DNA from: an uncultured delta proteobacterium
Lineage (GTDB): Bacteria > Desulfobacterota > Binatia > Binatales > Binataceae
DNA: 64,000 nt
NCBI GenBank assembly: GCA_963724765.1
Contig: CAVRVY010000004.1
Coordinates: forward strand, 320,001-384,000
Direction: 5' to 3'
A model generated the notes under the pieces. That model was not told the DNA's origin. It saw only the letters and a program-made list of their open reading frames with translations, and searched no databases. Below, piece by piece: positions 19,420 through 29,710 of the stretch; the first letter of the stretch is position 1; each line of letters begins with the position of its first letter. The position numbers were made by a program, and so were the translations under genes.

Positions 19420-19682
19420 CGCATGATGCGCGCCCAGAAGAGTTCTCAGACCCCTTTCGAAGCGGCCCAGCGCTTGTAGCGCTGTCATCGCGCATCATGC
19501 TTGCGCTACCGAGCGGCGCGCCAATCAACTGCGGTGCGCCCTGGCTGAGATGCCATGACCTCCGTCCATGGAAATGGTTTCGACGCAGACCGATCACTGA
19601 AGGCACCAATTGGTAATGTGGATAACGAACATCGTCGAATGAAAGGTATCTAATCGATTTCTTTTCCTGCGACTCTGGTGAG

Positions 19683-20414
19683 ATGCGCACTAAGAGAATC
19701 TCAGAAGTCCGGGACCTGAAGAAACTCAAAAACATGGCCTGGCTTTCGGCGCAACGGGTCGACAGATTCGCCCGTGCGCTGAACGTGACCACAGTCGAAG
19801 AACGCAAGGTCATTTTCGATGAGAACAATGTTCCCGAGTCCGTCCATATCCTGCTCTCCGGCGTCGCGGGCATCACTTGCCGAAACCGCAAGGGGCAGCG
19901 CAGATTGGTGATCATTGTGGCGCCCGGAATGATTCCCGGATTCCCGGGTCCGGTGAACGGAATCAACTATGACTTCCGCTGCGAGGCGCTCACCAGCTGC
20001 CAGATCGGAAGAATCGATTTGGAGACGTTCATACAAATCTCCCTCGGCATCGAATCGATCGATTTCAAGCGAATGGCGTTCAACTATCTTGGGCGATGGA
20101 ACCTGGTCCAATTGCGTTGCTCGAATTTTATGGGCTGTACCCTCAAGGAACGTCTGGCGCTGGCGTTAATCGAACTCAGCGAAGATTTCGGAATCCGCGA
20201 TAGCGAGGGCTTACGGCTCGGCCTTTCGACGCGCCATAGCGATTTGGCCGAATTGGTGGGAGCCTCGCGGCCGCGGGTCACGGAGCATCTGAGCCAGTTC
20301 GAGAAGGATCGCTTGATCGCACGAAAGGATCATCAGCTGATTGTGCAACGTAGCCGAATCGAGAGCTTTCTGTCTCAGGCGCAAGCCGCCCTGAGCGGCC
20401 GCGGACCCGAATAA
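19683..20414 (+). CDS. Crp/Fnr family transcriptional regulator
   Basis: cNMP-like beta domain; LKERLALALIELSEDFG; DLAELVGASRPRVTEHL HTH. Confidence 0.9.
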   Translation: MRTKRISEVRDLKKLKNMAWLSAQRVDRFARALNVTTVEERKVIFDENNVPESVHILLSGVAGITCRNRKGQRRLVIIVAPGMIPGFPGPVNGINYDFRCEALTSCQIGRIDLETFIQISLGIESIDFKRMAFNYLGRWNLVQLRCSNFMGCTLKERLALALIELSEDFGIRDSEGLRLGLSTRHSDLAELVGASRPRVTEHLSQFEKDRLIARKDHQLIVQRSRIESFLSQAQAALSGRGPE

Positions 20415-20520
20415 GTTTCAAGTTGTTGCCGCAGCATTTGCCCGGCCGCTGGACGGCGGCAATAAAATCGAACCGCGCGCAAGGCCTCGGCGCGACCACG
20501 CCCGCGTCTGCTCTAAAGCG

Positions 20521-21705
20521 CTAGGGCTCGATGCGGGCGACGCGGCGTTTGCCGACTTCGAGGATGCGATGCTGGCCGGGGACGAAATGGAAATTGAGGT
20601 CGGTGACGGTCTGACGGTCGACTCTGACGGCCCCCTGCCCCACCAGCCGGCGCGCCTCGTTGGTCGAGGCGGCGAAGCCGAGCTGCTTTAACAACTCGCA
20701 GATCCAGAGCTCCGCGGCGATGCGAAATACCGGCACGTCCTGCGGAACCTCGCGGCGCTGAAACTTGCTCTCGAAGTAGTCGCGCGCGTCGCTGGCGGCG
20801 TCGCTATCGTGATACTCGGCGACGATAGTGGTGGCGAGCCGCTTCTTGGATTCCATCGGATGCGCCTTGCCGGAGCGGATCGCGGCCAGCTCGGCGGGCG
20901 CGGCGTCGGTCAGAAGCTCGAAGTAGCGCGGCATCATCCGGTCCGGAATCGACATCAGCTTGCCGAACATGTCGCGCGGCGCGTCAGTCAGCCCGACCGC
21001 GTTGCCGTAGGACTTCGACATTTTGCGCACGCCGTCGAGCCCCTCGAGCAGCGGCATCGTGATGACGATTTGCGGGAGCTGGTTAAACGCGCGCTGCAGT
21101 TCGCGCGCGACCAGCATGTTGAATTTCTGATCGGTGCCGCCGAGCTCGACGTCGGCGCGCAACGCGACCGAATCGTAACCCTGGACCAGCGGATAGAGCA
21201 GCTCGTGCAGGAACAGCGGCTGTTGCTCGGCGAGGCGCTTTTCGAAGTCGTCGCGCTCGAGCATCCGCGCCACGCTCAGCTTGGCGGCAATTTCGATGAG
21301 GCCGCGGACGTCGAGCTTGTCCATCCATTCGCTGTTGAAGCGGACCTCGGTGAGCGCGGGATCGAGGATTTTCGAGACTTGGCGCTGGTAGGTTTCGGCG
21401 TTAGCGACGATCTGCTCACGCGTGAGCGGCTTGCGCGTCTCAGAGCGCCCGGTCGGATCGCCGATCATCGCGGTGAAGTCGCCGACCAGAAAAATAACGG
21501 TATGCCCGCGGCGCTGGAAATCGCGGAGCTTCTTGAGGGTTACGGAATGGCCCAGGTGCAGGTCGGGCGCGGTCGGATCCATCCCGAGCTTGACCCGCAG
21601 CGGGCGGCCTGCGCGAAGCCTGACCGCCAGTTCCTCGCCGGAGATGACTTCGGAGGCGTTGCGCCCCAGCTCCTGCGCCTGCTCTTTGGCTTCGTTCTCT
21701 TCCAA
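20521..21705 (-). CDS. tyrS: Tyrosine--tRNA ligase
   Basis: KLGMDPTAPDLHLGH, YPLVQGYDS, GGTDQKFN, KMSKS, C-terminal S4 domain. Confidence 0.96.
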   Translation of the reverse strand: MEENEAKEQAQELGRNASEVISGEELAVRLRAGRPLRVKLGMDPTAPDLHLGHSVTLKKLRDFQRRGHTVIFLVGDFTAMIGDPTGRSETRKPLTREQIVANAETYQRQVSKILDPALTEVRFNSEWMDKLDVRGLIEIAAKLSVARMLERDDFEKRLAEQQPLFLHELLYPLVQGYDSVALRADVELGGTDQKFNMLVARELQRAFNQLPQIVITMPLLEGLDGVRKMSKSYGNAVGLTDAPRDMFGKLMSIPDRMMPRYFELLTDAAPAELAAIRSGKAHPMESKKRLATTIVAEYHDSDAASDARDYFESKFQRREVPQDVPVFRIAAELWICELLKQLGFAASTNEARRLVGQGAVRVDRQTVTDLNFHFVPGQHRILEVGKRRVARIEP

Positions 21706-21754
21706 CGCGTCCGCTCCGGCCCGGCAACGCCACCGTCCGTTCGTCCGTTTCGAC

Positions 21755-23068
21755 CTAGTGCATCAATTGCGTCAGGCCGTTGGGATTCTGAAACTTCGAG
21801 ATGTTGTCATACTGCGGCGAATAGCGGTCGGCCCACAAATCCTCGCCGTTGGTGTCGGCGGTAAAAACGTGGCTGGCGTGCTGGTCCTGGATGTTCCAGT
21901 ACTGCTCGATGATCCCGCCGCCAAAGTACTGCGGCCCCCACTCCGGATGCAGTTTGTCCTGGCGCGCGCGCAGCCCGATGTTCACGACCTTCCACAGATT
22001 CATGCTCGAGTCGTACAGGTCCTCATGCACGTTGGCGAAGTAGGCCTCGGCCGTGTACATGATGCGCTTGCCGTAGCAGTAGCCCGAGCGCATCGACTCG
22101 ATCCGGCGCACGTCGGTCACCCATACCGGCAGCACTTCCCATTTGCCCCACGACGGTTTCGCCCAACCCAGCGGCATATCGTAGTTGTCCGGGAACTTGC
22201 CCATCGCGGTGGTCATGTCGACCAGCGCGAGAACATTCTGCTCACGGAGGAACTGGCCCTCGAACACTGAAGCGCCGCCGTTCCATCCCACTCGCTGGTC
22301 GTCGTGGGTGACGTCGCTGTCGAACAGCGGCGAGCATCGCGCCGAGGTCGAAAGCCGCATCGTCTGGCGCAGCGACGGGATGAAAACGTAGTCGTCGGGC
22401 AGCCGGGTCACGTCCTGCCAGAACAGCGTCAGGTCGGCCGAGTACTTCGCCTCGTCGGGCACCTCGACCATCAGCCATTCGCCGTACCACGCTCCCATTG
22501 AGCCGGGTTCCGTGTGCGAGATACCCGGGAACCAGTTGTAGGCGAGCTGGCGATAATTGTAGTCGACGCGAGTGCAGGACTTGCTGCCGAACTTGTCCAT
22601 GGTGCAAAACGACGCTGGAGTCCCCGAATCGGGCATGCCGACATAGAGATGGCCGCCGGGACGAAAGGTGACGTCGGCCGCAATTTCGGTCCCCTTGTCG
22701 GGGCCTGACGGATGCGGGAACGGAACGCCCGAGACATAGTTCTCGAGCTTGTAAGCGCCGTTGGGCAACTTCAGGAAGCGGGTCTGCGCGGAGTACTTCT
22801 CCACCGCATCCCAGAAGGGCTTGGGGAGCGGATGCGTGGTCGTCGGGCCGACGTCCATCTCAACGTCGGGTGGCATCTTCCAGCTGAGACTGCCGTCGAA
22901 CAGCGCAGCCATGCCGTCGGGCATGAAAGCTTTGTACTGCCGCCAGTTCTTCAAGGTGATTATGGTGCCGGGCGCAATCGTGTTCTCCGCGGCCTGGGCC
23001 GTTCCGAGACCCAGGCCACATAGCGCCAGGCCGATGATTCCGGGCAACAGTCTGCGAATGCCGCTCAT
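21755..23068 (-). CDS. DUF1329 (LolA-like) periplasmic protein
   Basis: Signal peptide; ITLKNWRQYKAFMPDG, GVPFP, FIPSLRQTMRLS, YCYGKRIMY, DLYDSSMNLWK. Confidence 0.8.
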   Translation of the reverse strand: MSGIRRLLPGIIGLALCGLGLGTAQAAENTIAPGTIITLKNWRQYKAFMPDGMAALFDGSLSWKMPPDVEMDVGPTTTHPLPKPFWDAVEKYSAQTRFLKLPNGAYKLENYVSGVPFPHPSGPDKGTEIAADVTFRPGGHLYVGMPDSGTPASFCTMDKFGSKSCTRVDYNYRQLAYNWFPGISHTEPGSMGAWYGEWLMVEVPDEAKYSADLTLFWQDVTRLPDDYVFIPSLRQTMRLSTSARCSPLFDSDVTHDDQRVGWNGGASVFEGQFLREQNVLALVDMTTAMGKFPDNYDMPLGWAKPSWGKWEVLPVWVTDVRRIESMRSGYCYGKRIMYTAEAYFANVHEDLYDSSMNLWKVVNIGLRARQDKLHPEWGPQYFGGGIIEQYWNIQDQHASHVFTADTNGEDLWADRYSPQYDNISKFQNPNGLTQLMH

Positions 23069-23120
23069 GTCGAGGTCCCTCCTTGTTCCTATCGAGGAAA
23101 CTCACGCTCCCGGCGCGCGA

Positions 23121-24020
23121 TTAAACACGGTCGAGCACAATCACCAGGAATACGATCGGCAGATAGAAGAGCGAGGCGAACATCACGCGGCGCGCAGCCG
23201 CGGCGGCGTTCGGTGTGCGCGCGAGCCTTAGCCCGAAAGTCAGCATCATCAGGCCGAGCGCGACCGCTACCAGCAGCGAGACCCGCCCGGCGAATCCCAG
23301 CAGCGTCGGCAACGCGCCCGCCGCGATCAGCGCCATACAATCGAGCAGGATCAGCTTGTCGACCGGATTACCGCGCCCGCCCGCCAGCGGCAGCATACTG
23401 ATACCGGCGCGCGCGTAATCGTTCTGGTAGAGCCGCGCGATCGAGAGCGAATGCGGAAGCTGCCACAGGCACATGATGAGGAAGAGGATCAACGGCTCGA
23501 TGCCGAGCCTCCCGCTGGCCGCGGCCCATCCCGCAACCGGCGGCAGCGCCCCCGGCACCGCACCGACCGCATGGCAAATCCACGACACCCGCTTGAGCGG
23601 CGTGTAGGCGAACAAGTAGAGCAACGCGATGGCAGCGGTTACGGCGGCGGAGAGCAGGTTCGCCGCCACCCACAGCCAGACGCATCCGGCGACCGTCGCG
23701 ACGACGCCGAAGACCAGCGCCTCGGGCGGGCTCAGGCGTCCCTCGGGCAGCGGGCGATGCTGCGTGCGAAGCATCAGCGCGTCGATGCGCCGCTCGAAGT
23801 ACTGGTTGAGCGCGAGCGTGCCGCCGGCGGCGAGCGCCGTGCCGGCGAGCGTATTCAGCGCAAGCCACAAATCGAAGCGCTCGGCGCTGCCGAGGTAGAA
23901 GCCGACCAGCGTGGTCAGTAGAACCATCGCGAGCACGCGCGGCTTGGTCAGTTCAAGATAGGCCGCGGCGCGCTTGCGCGCGCCGCTCACCGGTGCGAGC
24001 GCGACCGCTTCGACGCTCAT
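23121..24020 (-). CDS. ctaB: Heme o synthase (protoheme IX farnesyltransferase)
   Basis: LTKPRV, NQYFERRIDALMLRTQHRPLP, YTPLKR, WQLPH. Confidence 0.93.
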   Translation of the reverse strand: MSVEAVALAPVSGARKRAAAYLELTKPRVLAMVLLTTLVGFYLGSAERFDLWLALNTLAGTALAAGGTLALNQYFERRIDALMLRTQHRPLPEGRLSPPEALVFGVVATVAGCVWLWVAANLLSAAVTAAIALLYLFAYTPLKRVSWICHAVGAVPGALPPVAGWAAASGRLGIEPLILFLIMCLWQLPHSLSIARLYQNDYARAGISMLPLAGGRGNPVDKLILLDCMALIAAGALPTLLGFAGRVSLLVAVALGLMMLTFGLRLARTPNAAAAARRVMFASLFYLPIVFLVIVLDRV

Positions 24021-25075
24021 GCGCCCACCTCGTGCCGCGCCGCCGCGTCCAACCGTGGCGCGCGCACTCGCGCACTATCCGAGACGCCGGCCGCGCGCGC
24101 CGCGTGCTCGAGATGCCACGCGCGCAAGGTCAGTGCGAGACAGGCCGCGAGCACCGCCGCGCCGACCGCAACGTGCGAGGTCGTCGGGATAACCGCGCGG
24201 CGGCTCAGAATCGTCGCCGCGCCGAGGCCTATCTGTATCGCGAGCAGTACCAGCAACCCCAGCGCGGGGCGACGCAACGCCGGCTCATCGCCATACTGCC
24301 GCAGTACGCGCGCGACCGTCCATAGGACCATCGCCGTGACCACCACCGCGCCGCATCGATGGGCGAAGTTGACCGCGATCGGCACCGAGAACATCGGCGG
24401 CACCAGGTGGCCGAAGGCGAGCGGAAAATCGGGAATCGCGAGCCCGGCGTGCATGTGTCGCATCAGCGCGCCGACAATTATCTGAAGATAAATGATTCCT
24501 GTGGTCGTGGCCGCCAGCACCGTCACAGACGGCCGGCCCGACACCCGCGCTACCGGCGTCATAGTCTCCCAGCGCGGGTTGGTGAACAGCGCCATCGCGA
24601 CCATCAGGCAGAAGAACGCTTGCCCGGTCATCGCGTGTGTGACCGCCAACGCAAGCGGCAGGTCGAAGAGCACGGTTATCCCGCCGAGCACGGCCTGCAC
24701 GACCACCAGGGCGAAGGCGGCGAGCGCCGTGTACCTGACCCATGCGCGCCGCTCGGCCATCCAGACCCACAGCGCCAGCGTCAGGGTGAGAATCGAGACC
24801 GTGCCGGCGATCACGCGATGGCCCCACTCGAAGAGCACTCCCGCGCCCCACTGCTGCGGTATCAGGCGGCCGGCGTCGAGCGGCCACGACGGCACTGCCA
24901 TTGCGGAGCCGGTCGAGGTCACCAAGCCTCCGGCGAAAACCAGGACAAAGGTGGCGACGGCAGCGCCGATAGCGAAACGATGGAGCGCCCTCAGCGCGGT
25001 AGGCGTGCGGACCGAGTCGGACGAAGCTTGAGAGTCAGATCGTGTCGTCTGTGAGAACCCGCTCACGTTATTCAA
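24017..25075 (-). CDS. ctaA: Heme A synthase COX15/CtaA family
   Basis: GGLVTSTGSAMAVPSWP, FEWGHR, QAVLGG, GALMRH, FAHR; ATGA overlap with ctaB. Confidence 0.88.
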   Translation of the reverse strand: MNNVSGFSQTTRSDSQASSDSVRTPTALRALHRFAIGAAVATFVLVFAGGLVTSTGSAMAVPSWPLDAGRLIPQQWGAGVLFEWGHRVIAGTVSILTLTLALWVWMAERRAWVRYTALAAFALVVVQAVLGGITVLFDLPLALAVTHAMTGQAFFCLMVAMALFTNPRWETMTPVARVSGRPSVTVLAATTTGIIYLQIIVGALMRHMHAGLAIPDFPLAFGHLVPPMFSVPIAVNFAHRCGAVVVTAMVLWTVARVLRQYGDEPALRRPALGLLVLLAIQIGLGAATILSRRAVIPTTSHVAVGAAVLAACLALTLRAWHLEHAARAAGVSDSARVRAPRLDAAARHEVGA

Positions 25076-25261
25076 TTCCCGCCCGCGCGGCGTGCGTCCG
25101 AGCCGCGTGACTGGACCTCATATCATTAGAATCTTGAACAATACGCTCGTCGAAAAACAATCCAGGCTAACGCACGATATCAGCCCCCGCGGACTGTTCC
25201 AAGTTTCCCCGATCGTTTGGCAGCGGGCTCCCCGGCCTATTTTGCCGGCCGATTCTTGGCC

Positions 25262-27646
25262 TCACGCGACCCGCTCGGCAGGGCTTGAGACCTGCGCAGC
25301 CTCCAGTGCCTGAGGCGGTTCAAAGCCACGCGCTACGAACGCTGGCCGCATGATCGAGAAAATCGACGGCACCAGCGTTATCGCCGCCAGCCAGTGCGTG
25401 AGCATCAGCAGCGCCAGCAACAACGCCATCTCGGCCGAGAAACGCAGGCTCGACATCCAGTACCATGGCAGCACACCGCCGACCAGCGTCGTGGCCGTGA
25501 ACGTAACGGCCATCCCGGAGGTGTTGATCGCGCGCTTGATCGCGGCGTCGTAATCGCCGAGCCGCCCGTACTCCCGTTTGATACGGTCCACAACGTACAG
25601 GATGTAATCCACCCCGATACCCATTCCGACCGCGGTCACCGGCAAAGTGTTGATATTGATCCCGACGCCCTTGAGTCCGATGTATAAAAAGCTCACCACG
25701 CCGGCCGCGATGAGCGTCATCAGCACCATCGCGCCCGCGGTCAGCGAGGCGTAACTCAGCGCCACCAGCGTGAAAACTACGGTCAGGATGAGCAACGTGC
25801 TGACGCGGTCGGAATACGCGATTTCGTCGTTGAGCGCCGCGGTCAGGCCGATGCTGCCGCCGGCGAGGACAAATTTCACGTGCGGCATCGGATGGGCCGC
25901 GATGAATTTTTTGGCGCGGCTCAGCGCCTCAAGCACGGTCGAGCCCTCGAGGTCCTTGTAATAGATGACGAACTGGCCGTCGCGGGCCATGTAGTCCATG
26001 TACTGGAAGATGATCGTCGGCGACGGCGACGAGGACTGGTACATGAAGATCATCTGGCCGATGCCGTTCAAATCGTTCGGATACACCTCCCACACGGGAT
26101 CGTTGTAGTGAAAGAGACTGTTCAGCCGCCGTACCAGGCTCGTGATATAGCGGCTGCCGCTCGCCTGCGGCTGTTCGAGCATGTAGTGGCTGAAGTCGTC
26201 GAGCAGGGCGAGCAGCGCCGGATCCTTCATCGCGTTTTCGCGGTCGCCTTCGAGATAGATCACCAGCTCGTTGAAGCCGCCGTAGGAGCGGTTGATGTGG
26301 CGTGAGGAGACGTTGTAGTCGGAATTCTGCCACAAAAGCGGCGATCCCGGCTCTGTATAGCCAATCGGCAGCTTGATCGCCTGCTGAACCCCCAGCGCCA
26401 CGATCACCGCCGCAATTCCGAATACCACCCATCTTCCGCGCCGGCTGGTGCAGCTCTCGCCCACCCAGTGCAGACCCGACGCCATCCAGTGCGGGACGTA
26501 GTGCCTGGTCACCTTAGGCGTGGGCAGGACGTCGAGCAGCAGCGGCAGCAAAATGAGGATAGTGAAAATGTTGGAGAAGCCCCAGAAGCTCGCGAAGAAG
26601 GCGACCTTGCGTACCAGCGGGATGGTGGCGACGCCCAGCACCAGGATGCCTCCGGCGTCGGCGAGGATGCCGATCGCGCCGGGCAAAAAAAGCTCGTCCA
26701 TCGATTTGCGAACGGCCTGATGGCGGTCGCCCGTGCGCTCGAGCTCCTCGAAATAGCGCTCAAGTAACTGCACCCCGTGGCTCGCGGCTCGCGCGGTCAC
26801 CAGCAAGGGAATAACCAGGACCAGCACGTCGAGGTTGTAGCCGAGCAGTCCCAGGAAGCCCAGTCCCCAGATGACCTGCGCCGCCGCTCCGGCGATCGGC
26901 AGCAGCACCCCGTAGGCTCGGCGAAAATAGAGCACCAGCGACACCAGAATGAATAGTCCGGTGACGCCGAAAATTTCCGCCAGCTCGCCCTTGTAGTACC
27001 AGCACCAGGCCTTCAGTACTGGCTCGCCGGTGGCGTACATGACCGTATTGTCGTCTTCCACGGCCCGCTTGATACTCGCCAGGCGCCGATGCATCTCACC
27101 GTAATCCACCTGGCCTTCGTTGAATCCGGCCGTGACCAAAGCGCTGGTGGCGTCGGCCGAAACCAGGAGGCCGTAGGCGAGGCTGTGCAGCACGTCATAT
27201 TTCAGGCGGGCGAGGTCAGCGCTGGAGGTCGGAATCTTGTCGGCCAGGAGCGGCCGCGAGATGATCAATCCGCCGTTAGTCGCAGTAACCTTGCGCGCGT
27301 TAGTGCCGGTGATCGAGTTGATCAGGTTGTGATCGACACCATCCATCAGGTCGAGCTGCTGGTGGATGAATCGGATCTTGTTCAGAGTTTTGTTGGTAAA
27401 AATGTCGCCGCGTTTGACCTGCAGCTCCACGGTCATCACGTTGGCGGTGCCGAAGATCTGCCGGTAGTGGTTGTAAGCGGCGACGTAAGGATGAGCCTGC
27501 GGCAGCAGGTCGCTGAACTTGCTGTACATCCGCACCGCGAGCGCCTGGTAGGCGAAAAAAATCGTCAGCGCCGCAAGGAGCGCGAGCGAAAGCCAGCGAT
27601 GTTTCAGCGTCAGCCGGACAATCGAATGAACCAGGTGTTCAACCAT
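25262..27646 (-). CDS. MMPL/RND family transporter
   Basis: Two halves, each TM1 + periplasmic domain + 5 TM; GMGIGVDY; ARAASHGVQ. Confidence 0.88.
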   Translation of the reverse strand: MVEHLVHSIVRLTLKHRWLSLALLAALTIFFAYQALAVRMYSKFSDLLPQAHPYVAAYNHYRQIFGTANVMTVELQVKRGDIFTNKTLNKIRFIHQQLDLMDGVDHNLINSITGTNARKVTATNGGLIISRPLLADKIPTSSADLARLKYDVLHSLAYGLLVSADATSALVTAGFNEGQVDYGEMHRRLASIKRAVEDDNTVMYATGEPVLKAWCWYYKGELAEIFGVTGLFILVSLVLYFRRAYGVLLPIAGAAAQVIWGLGFLGLLGYNLDVLVLVIPLLVTARAASHGVQLLERYFEELERTGDRHQAVRKSMDELFLPGAIGILADAGGILVLGVATIPLVRKVAFFASFWGFSNIFTILILLPLLLDVLPTPKVTRHYVPHWMASGLHWVGESCTSRRGRWVVFGIAAVIVALGVQQAIKLPIGYTEPGSPLLWQNSDYNVSSRHINRSYGGFNELVIYLEGDRENAMKDPALLALLDDFSHYMLEQPQASGSRYITSLVRRLNSLFHYNDPVWEVYPNDLNGIGQMIFMYQSSSPSPTIIFQYMDYMARDGQFVIYYKDLEGSTVLEALSRAKKFIAAHPMPHVKFVLAGGSIGLTAALNDEIAYSDRVSTLLILTVVFTLVALSYASLTAGAMVLMTLIAAGVVSFLYIGLKGVGININTLPVTAVGMGIGVDYILYVVDRIKREYGRLGDYDAAIKRAINTSGMAVTFTATTLVGGVLPWYWMSSLRFSAEMALLLALLMLTHWLAAITLVPSIFSIMRPAFVARGFEPPQALEAAQVSSPAERVA

Positions 27647-27894
27647 CGAAATCCTGTGGTGGAGTCGGGCATCAGCGCATCTTTCCCGAACCTTTCGACC
27701 CAGGCTCAGAGGAGGATGCGAGCAGAACCGAAGCCAGTCGATCGACGTACCATATCAACCCCGGCTAAGGCTCGCCAGTGGTCGGCCAATCGCCGCCGCG
27801 AAAATTCTGCGCACGCTTCAAGCAGGTTTGGCGCGACACCCCGCTTTGAGATAGTAAACTCGATTGCCAGAAGCATGGCGTGGAGGTTTCGCGG

Positions 27895-29682
27895 GTGAAC
27901 AATTTCGCGACGCTGGCCGAACTCTTCAGCGCACAGGCTGAGCGGCTTGGCGATCGGGTCTTCTTACGGGCCAAGACCGCCAAGGTATGGCGCGACCACT
28001 CCTGGAACGACATCGCCGATGAAGCGGGGCGTCTGCGCGCCGGCCTGTTCGACCTTGGACTGGAGCGCGGCGATCGGATCGCAATCCTGTCGGAGAACTG
28101 TCCGCGCTGGGTGGTGGTCGACCAGGCGGCGCTCGGGATGGGCGCGGTGGTCGTGCCGTTGTACACCACGGCCGGCGCCGAGGAGACGCGCCATATCCTC
28201 GCCGATTCCGCCGCGAGTCTCGTCGCGGTCAACGGCGATGCGGCGGCGGCCAAGATCGTGGAAATGGCGCGGCAGCTGCCCGACCTCCAAGGCATCATCC
28301 AGATGACGCCCTCCCAAGGTGCGCCGCCCTCATACGGCGCGATGGGCAAACTCAGGAGTTTCACCTTCTCGCAGGTGACCGCCCATCCCGTAGAACCGCC
28401 GATCGCCGGCTCGCGCGAGGACCTGGCGACGCTCATCTACACCTCCGGCACCACCGGACCATCCAAGGGCGCGATGCTCACCCATGGCAATCTGCTGGCC
28501 AATAGCGAATCGTCGCAGGCGGCGCTCGATCTCAATGAGCAGGACACGACGCTGTCATTCCTGCCGATCGCCCACTCGTTCGAGCGCACGGCCGGCTACT
28601 ATACGGTGGTGCTGGCGGGCGGCACGATCTCCTACGCCGAAGGGTTGGGGCAGATCGCACAAAATCTGCTCGAAGTGAACCCGACTATTGTGCTCACCGT
28701 GCCGCGGGTGCTGGAGGCCGTCTACGCGCGCGTGATGCGCACGGTGGAGGCGGGATCGGGGGTGCGGCGCGCGCTGTTCAAAGCCGCAATCGCGACTGGA
28801 GCGCACGCGGCGGCCTATCGGCACGAGGGCCAGAGCGTGCCCGTCCGCTTGGCGGCCCCGATGGCGCTGTTTCGCAGCCTGGTGTTCGATCGCATCCGGG
28901 CGATCTTCGGCACCCGGCTGCGCTATCTCATCTCAGGCGGCGCGCCGCTGCCGCGCGATATCTTCCGCTTCCTGGCCGCCGCCGAAGTCCCGATCGTCGA
29001 GGGCTACGGGCTGACCGAGGCCTCGCCGGTGGTCTCGGTGAACCTGCACGGCCACACCAGGATTGGCACCGTGGGCCGCGCGATCAGGGACGTCGAGGTC
29101 CGCACCGCGCCCGACGGCGAATTGCTGGTGCGCGGGCCCAACGTGATGGCGGGCTATTACAAGCTGGAGGCCGAAACCCGCGAGGCGCTCGACCACGACG
29201 GATGGCTCTATACGGGCGACATCGCGCGCATCGACAGCGACGGCTACATCACCATCACCGACCGCAAGAAGGAAATCATCGTGCTCTCCGGCGGCAAGAA
29301 CGTCTCACCCGCCAACCTGGAGAGCCGGTTGAACTCCGATCCGGCGATCGCGCAGGCCTGCGTAATCGGAGATCGGCGCAAGCACCTGGCCGCCCTGCTG
29401 GTGCCTGACTTCGAGTTCCTGGCCACGCAGCCCGCGTTAAAGCTGATCGCAATGCGCCCGCCTGAGCAGGCGGTCGCCGACCCCGCGCTGCGCGCGTTCT
29501 ACCACGCCCGGGTACGCGAGCTTAACAAGGGATTGTCGGACATCGAGACGATCGTCGCCTTCGCGCTGCTGGCGCGCCCGTTCGGGCAGGAAAACGGCGA
29601 GCTTACGCCGACGCTCAAGCTGCGGCGCAAGGTGGTAATCGAACACTACCGTGACTTGATCGAATCGCTATACGGAGCATAG
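27895..29682 (+). CDS. fadD: Long-chain acyl-CoA synthetase
   Basis: GGAGG RBS before GTG; IYTSGTTGPSKG, EGYGLTE, TGDIA, DRKKE, ELTPTLK. Confidence 0.9.
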   Translation: MNNFATLAELFSAQAERLGDRVFLRAKTAKVWRDHSWNDIADEAGRLRAGLFDLGLERGDRIAILSENCPRWVVVDQAALGMGAVVVPLYTTAGAEETRHILADSAASLVAVNGDAAAAKIVEMARQLPDLQGIIQMTPSQGAPPSYGAMGKLRSFTFSQVTAHPVEPPIAGSREDLATLIYTSGTTGPSKGAMLTHGNLLANSESSQAALDLNEQDTTLSFLPIAHSFERTAGYYTVVLAGGTISYAEGLGQIAQNLLEVNPTIVLTVPRVLEAVYARVMRTVEAGSGVRRALFKAAIATGAHAAAYRHEGQSVPVRLAAPMALFRSLVFDRIRAIFGTRLRYLISGGAPLPRDIFRFLAAAEVPIVEGYGLTEASPVVSVNLHGHTRIGTVGRAIRDVEVRTAPDGELLVRGPNVMAGYYKLEAETREALDHDGWLYTGDIARIDSDGYITITDRKKEIIVLSGGKNVSPANLESRLNSDPAIAQACVIGDRRKHLAALLVPDFEFLATQPALKLIAMRPPEQAVADPALRAFYHARVRELNKGLSDIETIVAFALLARPFGQENGELTPTLKLRRKVVIEHYRDLIESLYGA

Positions 29683-29710
29683 CTGTGATGCGGCGCGGCC
29701 GAGGAAACAG

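Noticed and set aside
19421-19500. tRNA or TPP riboswitch
   Set aside because: No T-loop or acceptor/CCA geometry; only a CTGAGA fragment of the TPP consensus
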